From the NCBI GenBank assembly GCA_903912525.1, contig CAIWHK010000007.1:22563-86562 (forward strand): a stretch of 64,000 nt of DNA, given 5' to 3'. The translations under genes and the position numbers were made by a program. Every line of letters begins with the position of its first letter. Positions within the stretch are counted from its first letter, which is position 1. The notes below the pieces were generated by a model. It ran no database searches, had not been told where the DNA came from, and was given only the letters and a program-made list of their open reading frames with translations. This document shows positions 48,592 to 56,350 of this stretch, piece after piece. Source of the DNA: an uncultured bacterium (GTDB lineage Bacteria > Krumholzibacteriota > Krumholzibacteriia > LZORAL124-64-63).

Positions 48592-49690
48592 CTACCTCAG
48601 CCGCCCCCGAAACGCCCGCTGTGACTTGAGGATTTCCTGCCGCAACGCTTCCGTGTCCGGCAGCATGGTCAGGTAGCGCGAGGCAAAGACGTTGGCGGCG
48701 ATGCCGCCCATCGCGTAGTGGACGACGGCGTCGTTCTTGGCACTGCAGAGGATCAAGCCCACCGGTTCGTGTTCGTCGGGGCCCATGAGGTGTTCGCGGG
48801 CGTAGTTGAGGTAGAGGTTCATCTGGCCGGCGTCGGCGTGGCTGAACTTACCAAGCTTGAGGTCGACCACGACCAGGCAACGCAGGGCGCGGTGGTAGAG
48901 CAAGAGGTCGATGCGATACCACTCGTCGCCGATGCGGATGCGCTTCTGGCGGGCCACGAAGGTGAAGCCGGCTCCCAGTTCGAGCAGGAACGATTCAAGG
49001 TGGCGCACGATGGCGTCCTCGAGGTCGGACTCGCTGTACTCGTCCTTCAGGTCGAGGAACTCGAGGAGGTAGGGGTCGCGGATGTGGTCGCGCAGGGCGA
49101 CGGCATCCGGCGGGGATGGCTTCCTGGCGGACGTGAGCATGCGTTCGGGGTTGGACGAGGCCGAAACGCGCTCGAAGAACTGGGTGCTGATCTGCCTTTC
49201 CAGCTGCCGGACAGTCCAACCGCCGCGAATGGCTTCAGCTTCGTAGAGCGCGCGGGCCTGGGGGTCGCTGACAGACATCAGGCGGATGTAATGGGTCCAC
49301 GACAGGGGGAAGGAATGATGCATAACTGACGCATTTGCAGGCAGTTGTAATTTTACCATCACTGATGGTAAAATCTGATGACTGAGATAAAAAGATCTCA
49401 TTTTGTAAAGACTGGTCGGCGAGAACCCGCGCCCATGCTGGCGGGCCAAGTCGCGCCCCAGCCGCTGCAGCAACTCTTCCCCGTAGATGGCCCGCGGGTT
49501 TCCGTCCTGCTCGAATTCGACGATTCGCCGGCCAATCTCCCAATAGGTCGACACGATGACGCTGCTGGTCGTGCGCACCACGACGCGCCTGGCCTCGTCG
49601 ACCAGGCCGGAGATGCCGACATCAACTCACTGTAGGGCTCCGCACCAGCGGGGCCGGACATCGGCGCGGGGATCCCCGCGTCTTCAGACT
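48592..49690 (-). pseudogene. YhcG-family (DUF1016) nuclease paralog 1 with a -1 frameshift near the N-terminus
   Basis: The body 48592-49581 is intact (VVDLKLGKF PD-(D/E)XK motif). The N-terminal segment MVRKRKSEDAGIPAPMSGPAGAEPYSEL is in another frame; alignment with paralog 2 DNA shows a single-base deletion in copy 1. Contains the internal palindrome 49350-49374. Confidence 0.65.
49350..49374. repeat. AT-rich palindrome ATTTTACCATCA-C-TGATGGTAAAAT inside the YhcG paralog 1 CDS (minus-strand sense encodes QILPSVMVKLQ)
   Basis: Perfect 12+1+12 palindrome embedded in coding sequence. Confidence 0.8.
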
Positions 49691-49969
49691 TTCGTTTCCT
49701 GACCATGATTCCCGTCCCAATCTGCCGGATGTGCCGACGCGGTCCTGATGCCAACGTGGGTTCACGGATGCGGCGCGACGTGTCGCGGACGATATGCGCC
49801 TGCGGGACAACGTCGTGGCGAAGGTGCTGTCTGCGACGAACCGCACGCAGGGCACCAAACGGGCCGTTCCTGTGGAGTTGCACGGGTTGCGCGATGACGC
49901 CAATGGGGCAGCCACGCACGCATTCGCGGTGGCTATAGGGCAGGCGGCGGGCCAGATGGTGAATGAGGC

Positions 49970-49989
49970 AACTTGCGCCGGCGCAAGTC
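49970..49989. repeat. REP-like palindrome AACTTGCGCCGGCGCAAGTC
   Basis: Cassette array; followed 45 bp later by the AT-palindrome 50027-50060. Confidence 0.8.
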
Positions 49990-50026
49990 GGGCCCGTTAC
50001 CGGGCAACTGATTGCTGTTTTGCGAC

Positions 50027-50060
50027 TTGGAATTCTGCCAACAGTGTTGGCAGAATTGGG
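50027..50060. repeat. AT-palindrome family copy TTGGAATTCTGCCAACAGTGTTGGCAGAATTGGG (intergenic remnant, 45 bp downstream of REP 49970)
   Basis: Perfect 11+1+11 core with family-conserved flanks TTGGAATT...AATTGGGCAA. Minus-strand translation RFFAVLPNSANTVGRIPS resembles a YhcG N-domain segment. Confidence 0.75.
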
Positions 50061-50200
50061 CAATACAGCAAAAAATCGCTCATTGGGTGGGTCGCGCAAA
50101 GCTGGTGTCCCCACCGATCTCTCCTTCCCCCAGGGAGAATTCAGCCTGGTATTAGCCGTATCGCAGTATGAATGTCCTCCGCGCTTGTCCGCCGAGGCTC

Positions 50201-50220
50201 GAGTTGCGCCGGCGCAAGTC
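50201..50220. repeat. REP-like palindrome GAGTTGCGCCGGCGCAAGTC
   Basis: Cassette array; upstream of the HTH-ImmA gene. Confidence 0.8.
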
Positions 50221-50256
50221 CTGACGCTACGACCGCCCCGCATGGGCGTGTATTCT

Positions 50257-50277
50257 GATAAACCTTTTAGGTTAATC
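50257..50277. promoter_or_regulatory. 21-bp near-perfect palindrome GATAAACCTTTTAGGTTAATC about 75 bp upstream of the HTH-ImmA gene; candidate operator
   Basis: Inverted repeat AACCT-TTT-AGGTT with symmetric flanks, in an AT-rich promoter-like stretch. Confidence 0.35.
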
Positions 50278-50351
50278 TTTCTTGGCGGCGATATCCGATC
50301 TGCATATACTCATTGAAGGCCGTACCTGCCTGGACTTCATCGGGGACTACC

Positions 50352-51434
50352 ATGACTGACACCCACGCATTCACGCCAAACTGGGCCTCTCCCCCCGGCA
50401 GTACGATTGCCGACCTGCTGGCCGAGCGCAGCCTGACCCAGGCGGACCTTGCCGACCGCACCGGCTACACGCGCAAGCACATCAACGAACTGGTGCGCGG
50501 CCGCGCGGCGATTTCGTTCGAAGCGGCCCTGAAGCTGGAGACCGTGCTGGGCTCGACGGCCGACTTCTGGATGCGCCGCGAAGTGCAGTACCGCGAGGCG
50601 CTGGCACGGCAGGAGCTCAACCGGCAGTTCAAGGCCTCGGCGCCCTGGCTCAGGCGGATTCCACTGGCAAGCATGGTGCGGCTCGGGTGGGTGGAGCGGT
50701 TCCCTGATTCCGGGCAGCAGGTGGCCGCCTGCCTGCGGTATTTCGGCGTGGCCACGGTCGAGGCCTGGGAAGCGACGTACGCGGAACCCCTGGCGGCCTT
50801 CCGCAGGTCACCCAACGCCGAGACGGCCGGCGCGGCGGCCGCAGCCTGGCTGCGACAGGGCGAACTGCAGGCGGCCGCCATCCGGACCGGGGACTACAGC
50901 GCGTCCGGGTTGCGCGCGTGCCTGCCCCGACTGCGGCAGCTCACGCTGCTCACCGACCCCGACGCATTCGTACCCGCACTGACCGGCATGTGCGCGGAAG
51001 TGGGCATCGCCGTCGTGTTCGTGCCCACGCCGCAGGGATGTCCCGCCTACGGCGCCACGCGGTGGCTCTCTCCCACCAAGGCGCTGCTGATGCTCAGCAA
51101 CCGCACCAAGACCCACGATGTGCTGTGGTTCACCTTCTTCCATGAGATCTGCCACCTGCTGCACCACAGCAAGAAGATGACCGTCATCGAGGGCGGCCGG
51201 AGCCTGGACGCCGGCCTCGAGGAAGAGGCCGACACGTTTGCCGCCCACATCCTGATTCCGCCGGCGGACGCGCGCCGCATCGAGGAATTGCCCCGCAACG
51301 CGGATGCCATTGCTTCGTTCGCCCGTGAGATCGGGGTTGCGCCGGGGATCGTGCTGGGGCGGATGCAGAAGATGGGGCTGATCGGCTGGTCCAGGTGTGG
51401 GGAGTTGAAGGTCAGGTATGAGATCGGCGGGTGA
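50352..51434 (+). CDS. Xre-type HTH fused to ImmA/IrrE-family (COG2856) metallopeptidase domain (HigA2/ImmA-like)
   Basis: N-terminal HTH (LTQADLADRTGYTRKHINELVRG); C-terminal FFHEICHLLHH HExxH motif typical of ImmA/IrrE. Confidence 0.75.
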   Translation: MTDTHAFTPNWASPPGSTIADLLAERSLTQADLADRTGYTRKHINELVRGRAAISFEAALKLETVLGSTADFWMRREVQYREALARQELNRQFKASAPWLRRIPLASMVRLGWVERFPDSGQQVAACLRYFGVATVEAWEATYAEPLAAFRRSPNAETAGAAAAAWLRQGELQAAAIRTGDYSASGLRACLPRLRQLTLLTDPDAFVPALTGMCAEVGIAVVFVPTPQGCPAYGATRWLSPTKALLMLSNRTKTHDVLWFTFFHEICHLLHHSKKMTVIEGGRSLDAGLEEEADTFAAHILIPPADARRIEELPRNADAIASFAREIGVAPGIVLGRMQKMGLIGWSRCGELKVRYEIGG

Positions 51435-51440
51435 CCTGGC

Positions 51441-51460
51441 CACTTGCGCCGGCGCAAGTC
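51441..51460. repeat. REP-like palindrome CACTTGCGCCGGCGCAAGTC
   Basis: 7 bp after the ImmA stop; followed by the AT-palindrome 51497-51530. Confidence 0.8.
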
Positions 51461-51496
51461 CGGCCGGATCGCGCCTAAGCGATTGATTTCCCGCTC

Positions 51497-51530
51497 TTTG
51501 GAATTTTATCATCACTGATGAGAATATTGG
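51497..51530. repeat. AT-palindrome family copy TTGGAATTTTATCATCACTGATGAGAATATTGGG
   Basis: Imperfect arms (2 mismatches); 37 bp downstream of REP 51441. Confidence 0.7.
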
Positions 51531-51546
51531 GCAACGCCGGCAGGCC

Positions 51547-52182
51547 CTACCGATAGCAGTCATGGAACCACTCGGGTCCAAGCCGGATGAACGTGTTCAC
51601 GGCAGCCGCGAGTCTCGCACCGGGCGCCGCACTGGCCGCCAGGACCCTCTTGCCATGCGCCCGCACAGCATCGACGGCTGGCGTGAAGTCGCCATCGGCC
51701 GACAGCAGGTACGCGGTATCGAATTCGTCGCGCTCGGCCATCACGACCATGTCGACGGCCAGAAAGACATCAACGGCTTTTTCGACATAGGCCGTGGCAC
51801 GCATGTTCCGCCGCGCGATGTCATACAGGTCCCGGTAAACCTGCTGGTCGATGCGCGTGGACAATGTCGTGAGATAGTCCTTGAGTTCCCTGGCCGCGTT
51901 GTCAGTCACCGGGCGTGACTCGAGGCGCCCGAAGTGCACGCTGATCTTCGGCGACGATGCCCTGAGAGCGGCAATGAACCTGCGCTGGGCCGCATAGAGT
52001 GCCAGACTGCTTCGTTGCTCGACCTGGCCTACGTAGTACCTGGTGGCGCACCACTGCCGCGGCCCGACGAGCTTGCGCGAAATCACCCCATAGTCGAGCC
52101 GACCCAAGTCGGCGATGCCATGCTGCTTGGCGCCGTGATACCAGTTGTTGCCATCGATGAAGAGCACTGCGCGTTCAGCCAC
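51547..52182 (-). CDS. NYN-domain (LabA-like) predicted RNase
   Basis: VLFIDGNNWYH and VDVFLAVDMVVMAERDEFDTAYLLSADGDF motifs. Probable GTG start. A deleted version of this cassette is present at 55110-55320. Confidence 0.6.
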   Translation of the reverse strand: MAERAVLFIDGNNWYHGAKQHGIADLGRLDYGVISRKLVGPRQWCATRYYVGQVEQRSSLALYAAQRRFIAALRASSPKISVHFGRLESRPVTDNAARELKDYLTTLSTRIDQQVYRDLYDIARRNMRATAYVEKAVDVFLAVDMVVMAERDEFDTAYLLSADGDFTPAVDAVRAHGKRVLAASAAPGARLAAAVNTFIRLGPEWFHDCYR

Positions 52183-52194
52183 GGCGCCGACCCA

Positions 52195-52236
52195 AAAGAA
52201 AAACCCCGGCGTGTGGCTGAGCCAGACCCCGGGGGG
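52195..52236 (-). terminator. Terminator-like hairpin plus T-run (minus strand) immediately upstream of the NYN gene; same element as 55215-55260
   Basis: CCCCGG-cgtgtggctgagccagac-CCGGGG stem followed on the minus strand by TTTTTCTTTT. Confidence 0.35.
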
Positions 52237-52675
52237 ATAAAACACCCGGTCCCGTGGGATCCGAGCGACCCGCAGTATACACAGGGCTGGGCTGCCGTGT
52301 CAACTGCAGTGGCGAAGCGCTAAAGAAGAGCCCTCCGGGGCGCCACCAGAAGGGGGTCAACCGGCTCAGCAAGCCGGGCTGGGGTTGATACGCATTCAGT
52401 TGCGATCTGATCGCGGGGCGGGTCAAGGGCGATTCCCTCTTTGGCGCTGGAGTGGGCCGGCGCGGTCGAGAATGCAAGGACCCCGCCCGGCGGCGTCCTT
52501 GTCGCTGCGCCAGTGCACAAGTAGTCGCGCAACTGCCGCGTCGTTTGCGCGTCATGACGGCCAAGTTCCGAAAGCCCCCGGGCGAGGTGCCATGCACCTT
52601 GCGAGCCCACCGCAAATACATGTCATGCTCCGTTGACAGCTTCATGGGAGATGGCGCCCGCCGTCTTCACTTGCC

Positions 52676-52695
52676 GACTTGCGCCGGCGCAAGTT
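52676..52695. repeat. REP-like palindrome GACTTGCGCCGGCGCAAGTT
   Basis: 14 bp downstream of the YhcG2 stop. Confidence 0.8.
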
Positions 52696-52708
52696 CCCTA
52701 CCCCCACG

Positions 52709-53824
52709 TCAGCGCAACCGCCCCAGAAACGCCCTCTGCGTCCGAATGATCTCCTGCCGCAGCGACTCCGTGTCCGGCAGCACCGTCAGGTAGCGCGAGG
52801 CGAAGACGTTCGCGGCGATGCCGCCCATCGCGTAGTGGACGACGGCGTCGTTCTTCGCGCTGCAGAGAATCAAGCCCACCGGCTCGTGCTCGTCGGGGCC
52901 CATGAGGTGCTCGCGCGCGTAGTTGAGGTAGAGGTTCATCTGGCCGGCGTCGGCGTGCGTGAACTTGCCGAGCTTGAGGTCGACCACGACCAGGCAGCGC
53001 AGCGCGCGGTGGTAGAGCAAGAGGTCGATGCGGTACCACTCGTCGCCGATGCGGATGCGCTTCTGCCTCGCCACGAACGTGAAGCCGGCGCCCAGTTCGA
53101 GCAGGAACGATTCGAGGTGGCGGACGATGGCGTCCTCGAGATCGGACTCGCTGTACTCATCCTTCAGGTCGAGGAACTCGAGGAGGTACGGGTCGCGGAT
53201 GTGGTGCTGCAGTTCGGCGGGGTCGACAGGCGCGGGCTTGCGCGCGGCGGCGAGCATGCGGTCGGGGTTGGCGGACGCGGTGACGCGCTCGAAGAACTGC
53301 GTGCTGATCTGGCGGTCGAGCTGGCGGACGGACCAGCCGGAGCGGATAGCTTCGGATTCGTAGAGGGTGCGGGCGGCGTGGTTTTCGACGGACATCAGAC
53401 GGACGTAATGTGACCACGAAAGGGGGAAGGAAATGGGCGTAACTGACGACTCATCAAGTGTTTGTAATTTTCTCGACACTGTCGAGAATATCTGCAATTC
53501 CAGATAAAAACATCTCATTTTGTAAAGTCCCGGCCTGGAGAATCCCCTGCCGTATCGGCTGGACAGATCGCGCCCCAGACGCGTGAGCAACTCTTCGCCA
53601 TACTCGGCGCGGACACGCCCACCCTGTTCATATTCGACGATTCGGCGTCCGATTTCCCAGTACGCCGACACGACGACGCTTTGCGTCGATCGCACGACAG
53701 AGCGCCGGGCCTCTTCCAGTAGGCCGGAGATTCCCGTCACCAGTTCTCCGTAGGGCTCCGCGCCGGATGCACCGGACGTCGGTGCGGGGACCCTCGCGTC
53801 CCGAGGCTTTCGATTCCTGGCCAT
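52709..53824 (-). CDS. YhcG-family (DUF1016) nuclease, paralog 2 (intact)
   Basis: About 88% protein identity to paralog 1 across the body; contains the internal palindrome 53467-53492. Confidence 0.7.
   Translation of the reverse strand: MARNRKPRDARVPAPTSGASGAEPYGELVTGISGLLEEARRSVVRSTQSVVVSAYWEIGRRIVEYEQGGRVRAEYGEELLTRLGRDLSSRYGRGFSRPGLYKMRCFYLELQIFSTVSRKLQTLDESSVTPISFPLSWSHYVRLMSVENHAARTLYESEAIRSGWSVRQLDRQISTQFFERVTASANPDRMLAAARKPAPVDPAELQHHIRDPYLLEFLDLKDEYSESDLEDAIVRHLESFLLELGAGFTFVARQKRIRIGDEWYRIDLLLYHRALRCLVVVDLKLGKFTHADAGQMNLYLNYAREHLMGPDEHEPVGLILCSAKNDAVVHYAMGGIAANVFASRYLTVLPDTESLRQEIIRTQRAFLGRLR
53467..53492. repeat. AT-rich palindrome AATTTTCTCGACA-C-TGTCGAGAATAT inside the YhcG paralog 2 CDS (sense encodes QIFSTVSRKLQ)
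   Basis: 1 arm mismatch; same codon position as in paralogs 1 and 3 but a different half-site sequence. Confidence 0.8.
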
Positions 53825-54087
53825 GCTTCCCATTCCCATCTGCCGGATGTACCGACGCGGTCCAGATGCCAACGAGAGTTCACGGAAGAGGCGCGATGTG
53901 TCGCGGGTGATGGGCGCCTGCGGTGCGACGTCGGGGATGAATCATTGCCGACGACAAACCACATTCGCGGCGCCAATCGAGCCTTTCCTAGGGAGATGCC
54001 GGCGCTGGGCGGCGGCGCCGATTAGGCGGCCACGCACACACAGCGATGGCCATTGAGGCAGGCGGCAGGCCAGATGGTGAACGTGGC

Positions 54088-54107
54088 GACGTGCGCCGGC
54101 GCAAGTC
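54088..54107. repeat. REP-like palindrome GACGTGCGCCGGCGCAAGTC
   Basis: Cassette array; followed by the AT-palindrome 54145-54177. Confidence 0.8.
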
Positions 54108-54144
54108 AGCCCGATTTCGGCGCAAACAGTTGTCGCGGCGTGAC

Positions 54145-54177
54145 TTGGAATTTTACCATCACTGATGGTAAAATTGG
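54145..54177. repeat. AT-palindrome family copy TTGGAATTTTACCATCACTGATGGTAAAATTGG (intergenic remnant)
   Basis: Core identical to the YhcG1 internal palindrome. Flanking 30 bp on both sides align to the YhcG1 3' end and to the YhcG1 sequence next to its palindrome, so this looks like an internally deleted yhcG copy. Confidence 0.75.
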
Positions 54178-54400
54178 CCAAAACAGAAAACAATCTCACA
54201 TCAAGCAACATCGGCACGCACTGCTGCGCGCTACCGCGAGGCCGTGAACACACATCCAATCGGTGCCGCCCTGGCGAAGAACGCGCCCCTGTGCCCACTC
54301 CTGGCGGCGCTCCCAGCCGCCCACCTCAGAACGCCGGACCAAGCAGACCGGCCGATCCGGGCACAACTGCTGCCTACAAATGGTCGCGAACCGCCGCACC

Positions 54401-54420
54401 GACTTGCGCCGGCGCAAGTC
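54401..54420. repeat. REP-like palindrome GACTTGCGCCGGCGCAAGTC (perfect)
   Basis: Cassette array; followed by the AT-palindrome 54457-54490. Confidence 0.85.
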
Positions 54421-54456
54421 GACGGCCTTCGACATAACTGGTTCCAAAACAATCAA

Positions 54457-54490
54457 TTGGAATTTTCCCGACAGTGTCGGGAAAATCTGA
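54457..54490. repeat. AT-palindrome family copy TTGGAATTTTCCCGACAGTGTCGGGAAAATCTGA, about 45 bp upstream of the AbiEi-like gene 54534
   Basis: Perfect 11+1+11 core. Confidence 0.75.
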
Positions 54491-54533
54491 CGGCAGGCAC
54501 AGCCCTGCACATAACTAAATCTTGGGTTAAGTT

Positions 54534-55127
54534 TTGTGCATGGACACCAAGACACAAAGCCACCGCGCCGGCCCCAGCTGGGACCAGCTCTACGAAACCG
54601 CTGCCGCCCAGGCCGGCCACTTCACGACGGCCCAGGCCGAGGCCGCGGGGTACTCGCCCCAGCTGCTGGCCAAGTACCTGGCCAACGGGCGTGTGGTCAG
54701 GGTGCGTCGCGGCGTGTACCGCCTCACCCATTTTCCGGCGGGCGAACTCGAGGAGTTCGCCGTCGTGTGGCTGTGGAGCGAGCGGGCCGGGGTCTTTTCG
54801 CATGAGACGGCGCTGTTTCTGCATGGGCTGTCCGATGCGCTGCCGTCACGAGTCCACCTGACGCTGCCCGCGGATTGGCGTCGGCGAAGGCTGCGCGTAC
54901 CGGATGGCGTCGCGACGCACTTCGGCGAGGTGGCCGGTGCGGATCGCGGCTGGGTGGGCCCGGTGCCTGTGACCGCTGTTGCGCGGACGCTCGTCGATTG
55001 TGCGGAGGCCGGGGTTGCGCCGGAGATGGTGCGCGATGCCATGGAGCAGGCGATCGAGCGTGGGATGATTCGCAAGGGATCAGTGCCGCGACTTGCGCCG
55101 GCGCAAGTCCGGCCGGATCGCGCCTAA
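54534..55127 (+). CDS. AbiEi-like (COG5340) antitoxin/regulator, orphan; C-terminus encoded by a REP copy
   Basis: WDQLYETAAAQAGHFTTAQAEAAGYSPQLLAKYLANGRVVRVRRGVYRL winged-helix N-domain typical of AbiEi. The last residues LAPAQVRPDRA are translated from REP 55090-55109. Confidence 0.5.
   Translation: MCMDTKTQSHRAGPSWDQLYETAAAQAGHFTTAQAEAAGYSPQLLAKYLANGRVVRVRRGVYRLTHFPAGELEEFAVVWLWSERAGVFSHETALFLHGLSDALPSRVHLTLPADWRRRRLRVPDGVATHFGEVAGADRGWVGPVPVTAVARTLVDCAEAGVAPEMVRDAMEQAIERGMIRKGSVPRLAPAQVRPDRA
55090..55109. repeat. REP-like palindrome GACTTGCGCCGGCGCAAGTC (perfect)
   Basis: Forms the 3' end of the AbiEi-like ORF 54534-55127; followed by the AT-palindrome 55147-55180. Confidence 0.85.
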
Positions 55128-55145
55128 GCGATTGATTTTCCGCGC

Positions 55146-55320
55146 CTTGGAATTTTATCATCACTGATGAGAATATTGGGCAAAGCCGATCAGGTCCTGG
55201 CGATATCAGCAATGGAACCACTCGAGGCCAAAAGAAAAACCCCGGCGTGTGGCCAAGCCAGACCCCGGGGGGATTAAGGTGCCCGGTCCCGTGGAATCCG
55301 AGCGGCTGTAAGTATAGCCG
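55146..55320. other. Deletion derivative of the 51441-52300 cassette: REP, AT-palindrome, about 25 bp of NYN 3' end, then the terminator hairpin; the NYN ORF is precisely missing
   Basis: 55090-55205 aligns to 51441-51565 and 55206-55320 aligns to 52190-52300, with about 640 bp absent in between. Confidence 0.6.
55147..55180. repeat. AT-palindrome family copy TTGGAATTTTATCATCACTGATGAGAATATTGGG (duplicate of 51497-51530)
   Basis: Part of the duplicated cassette 55090-55320. Confidence 0.7.
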
Positions 55321-55357
55321 ATGCCCAAATGCCGCAGCAACTCCCACCGCCGACTGA

Positions 55358-56152
55358 TCACACATCGCCTTCCTCCACGCCCCCCACCAGTCCCACCGGC
55401 ACGATCAACCGCCACCTGCGGACGAGTCGGCCTCCGCGCGCGCGGTCGAGGTGCACCGGCTGGGCCGGCAGCAGCGACTGCAGGCTGGCCAGGGTCGCGT
55501 CGGGCACGGCCAGTTCGCGCTGGCGGGTGTCGAGCAAGAAGCCGACCCTCGACGCGAGCGTGCGGTTGGCGAGGACGCGGACGTACGCGAGCAGCGCGTC
55601 CGGGTCGATGGCCGGGATCGCCATCAGCGAGCGCCACACCTCGTCGAGGCCGCCGGCAATCGATGGCCGGTCGAGAACGTCGGCCACCGTGCGCTCGAGG
55701 CTGGTCACGCGCACTTCGAGTCCATTGCGGTCCAGGACGTCGATCCACGCCTGCTGCGGGTGGCGCGCGCGCAACTCGCACCGCGGCTGCACCGGCGACA
55801 GGCGGCGGCCCCGGAACGTGGCGGCACGGGCTCGCGTCCAGGTGATGAACGTGAAATTGTCGGACAGGCTCTGCGCACAACCGTGCGCCTCGAGCGCCGT
55901 GTGGTAGGCGGCGGCCGCGTCCGGCGCCATGCGGGCGGCCAGCGCGATGTAATCGGGGGTTGGCTCCCAGGGCTCCGTTGACCCCGGCGGACGACCGACA
56001 TACAGGCCGCTCTTCACGCGCAGCAACCGGCCCTGGCGTACCCAGCGGGCGAGGTGGGCATCGACGGTGGCAGGAGCGCGACCGGGGAGCGCGGCGATCA
56101 GCTCGTCGCGGGTGAAGAGCGGGGTCGTGGCCAGGAAGTGGTCCGGCTTCAT
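55358..56152 (-). CDS. AbiEi-like (COG5340) antitoxin/regulator, orphan
   Basis: MKPDHFLATTPLFTRDELIAALPGRAPATVDAHLARWVRQGRLLRVKSGLYV N-domain typical of the family; GGGAGG RBS. Confidence 0.5.
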   Translation of the reverse strand: MKPDHFLATTPLFTRDELIAALPGRAPATVDAHLARWVRQGRLLRVKSGLYVGRPPGSTEPWEPTPDYIALAARMAPDAAAAYHTALEAHGCAQSLSDNFTFITWTRARAATFRGRRLSPVQPRCELRARHPQQAWIDVLDRNGLEVRVTSLERTVADVLDRPSIAGGLDEVWRSLMAIPAIDPDALLAYVRVLANRTLASRVGFLLDTRQRELAVPDATLASLQSLLPAQPVHLDRARGGRLVRRWRLIVPVGLVGGVEEGDV

Positions 56153-56162
56153 GTTAGTGCCT

Positions 56163-56194
56163 CCCAATATTTGCAATTTATTACAAATTATGGG
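56163..56194. promoter_or_regulatory. Imperfect 32-bp palindrome CCCAATATTTGCAATTTATTACAAATTATGGG overlapping RBS/5' UTR of the AbiEi-like gene 55358-56152; candidate autoregulatory operator
   Basis: Inverted repeat immediately upstream of the start codon. AbiEi proteins are known to autoregulate through inverted repeats. Confidence 0.35.
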
Positions 56195-56294
56195 CGTCTA
56201 CAACAACGGTGTCGCATGGCCGACCAGCCGCCGGTCCCGGTTGCAGGGCGCCGCCACGAAACACAACGGGCCCCAGTAGGAGCCCAGGGCCTGC

Positions 56295-56314
56295 GACTTG
56301 CGCCGGCGCAAGTC
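56295..56314. repeat. REP-like palindrome GACTTGCGCCGGCGCAAGTC (perfect); last copy in the window
   Basis: Followed by the AT-palindrome 56351-56384. No copies are found in the lower-GC island beyond 56.7 kb. Confidence 0.85.
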
Positions 56315-56350
56315 CCCCCAAACGCAGCATAAACGACGACTCTTCAGCCG

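Noticed and set aside
52195-52236. Treating the hairpin upstream of the NYN gene as a definitive terminator
   Set aside because: It lies only about 12 bp upstream of the proposed NYN start, leaving no room for a promoter. The same hairpin clearly follows a gene in the duplicated copy, so its role in the first copy is ambiguous (it could be an attenuator or part of the 5' UTR structure). It is kept as a low-confidence feature.
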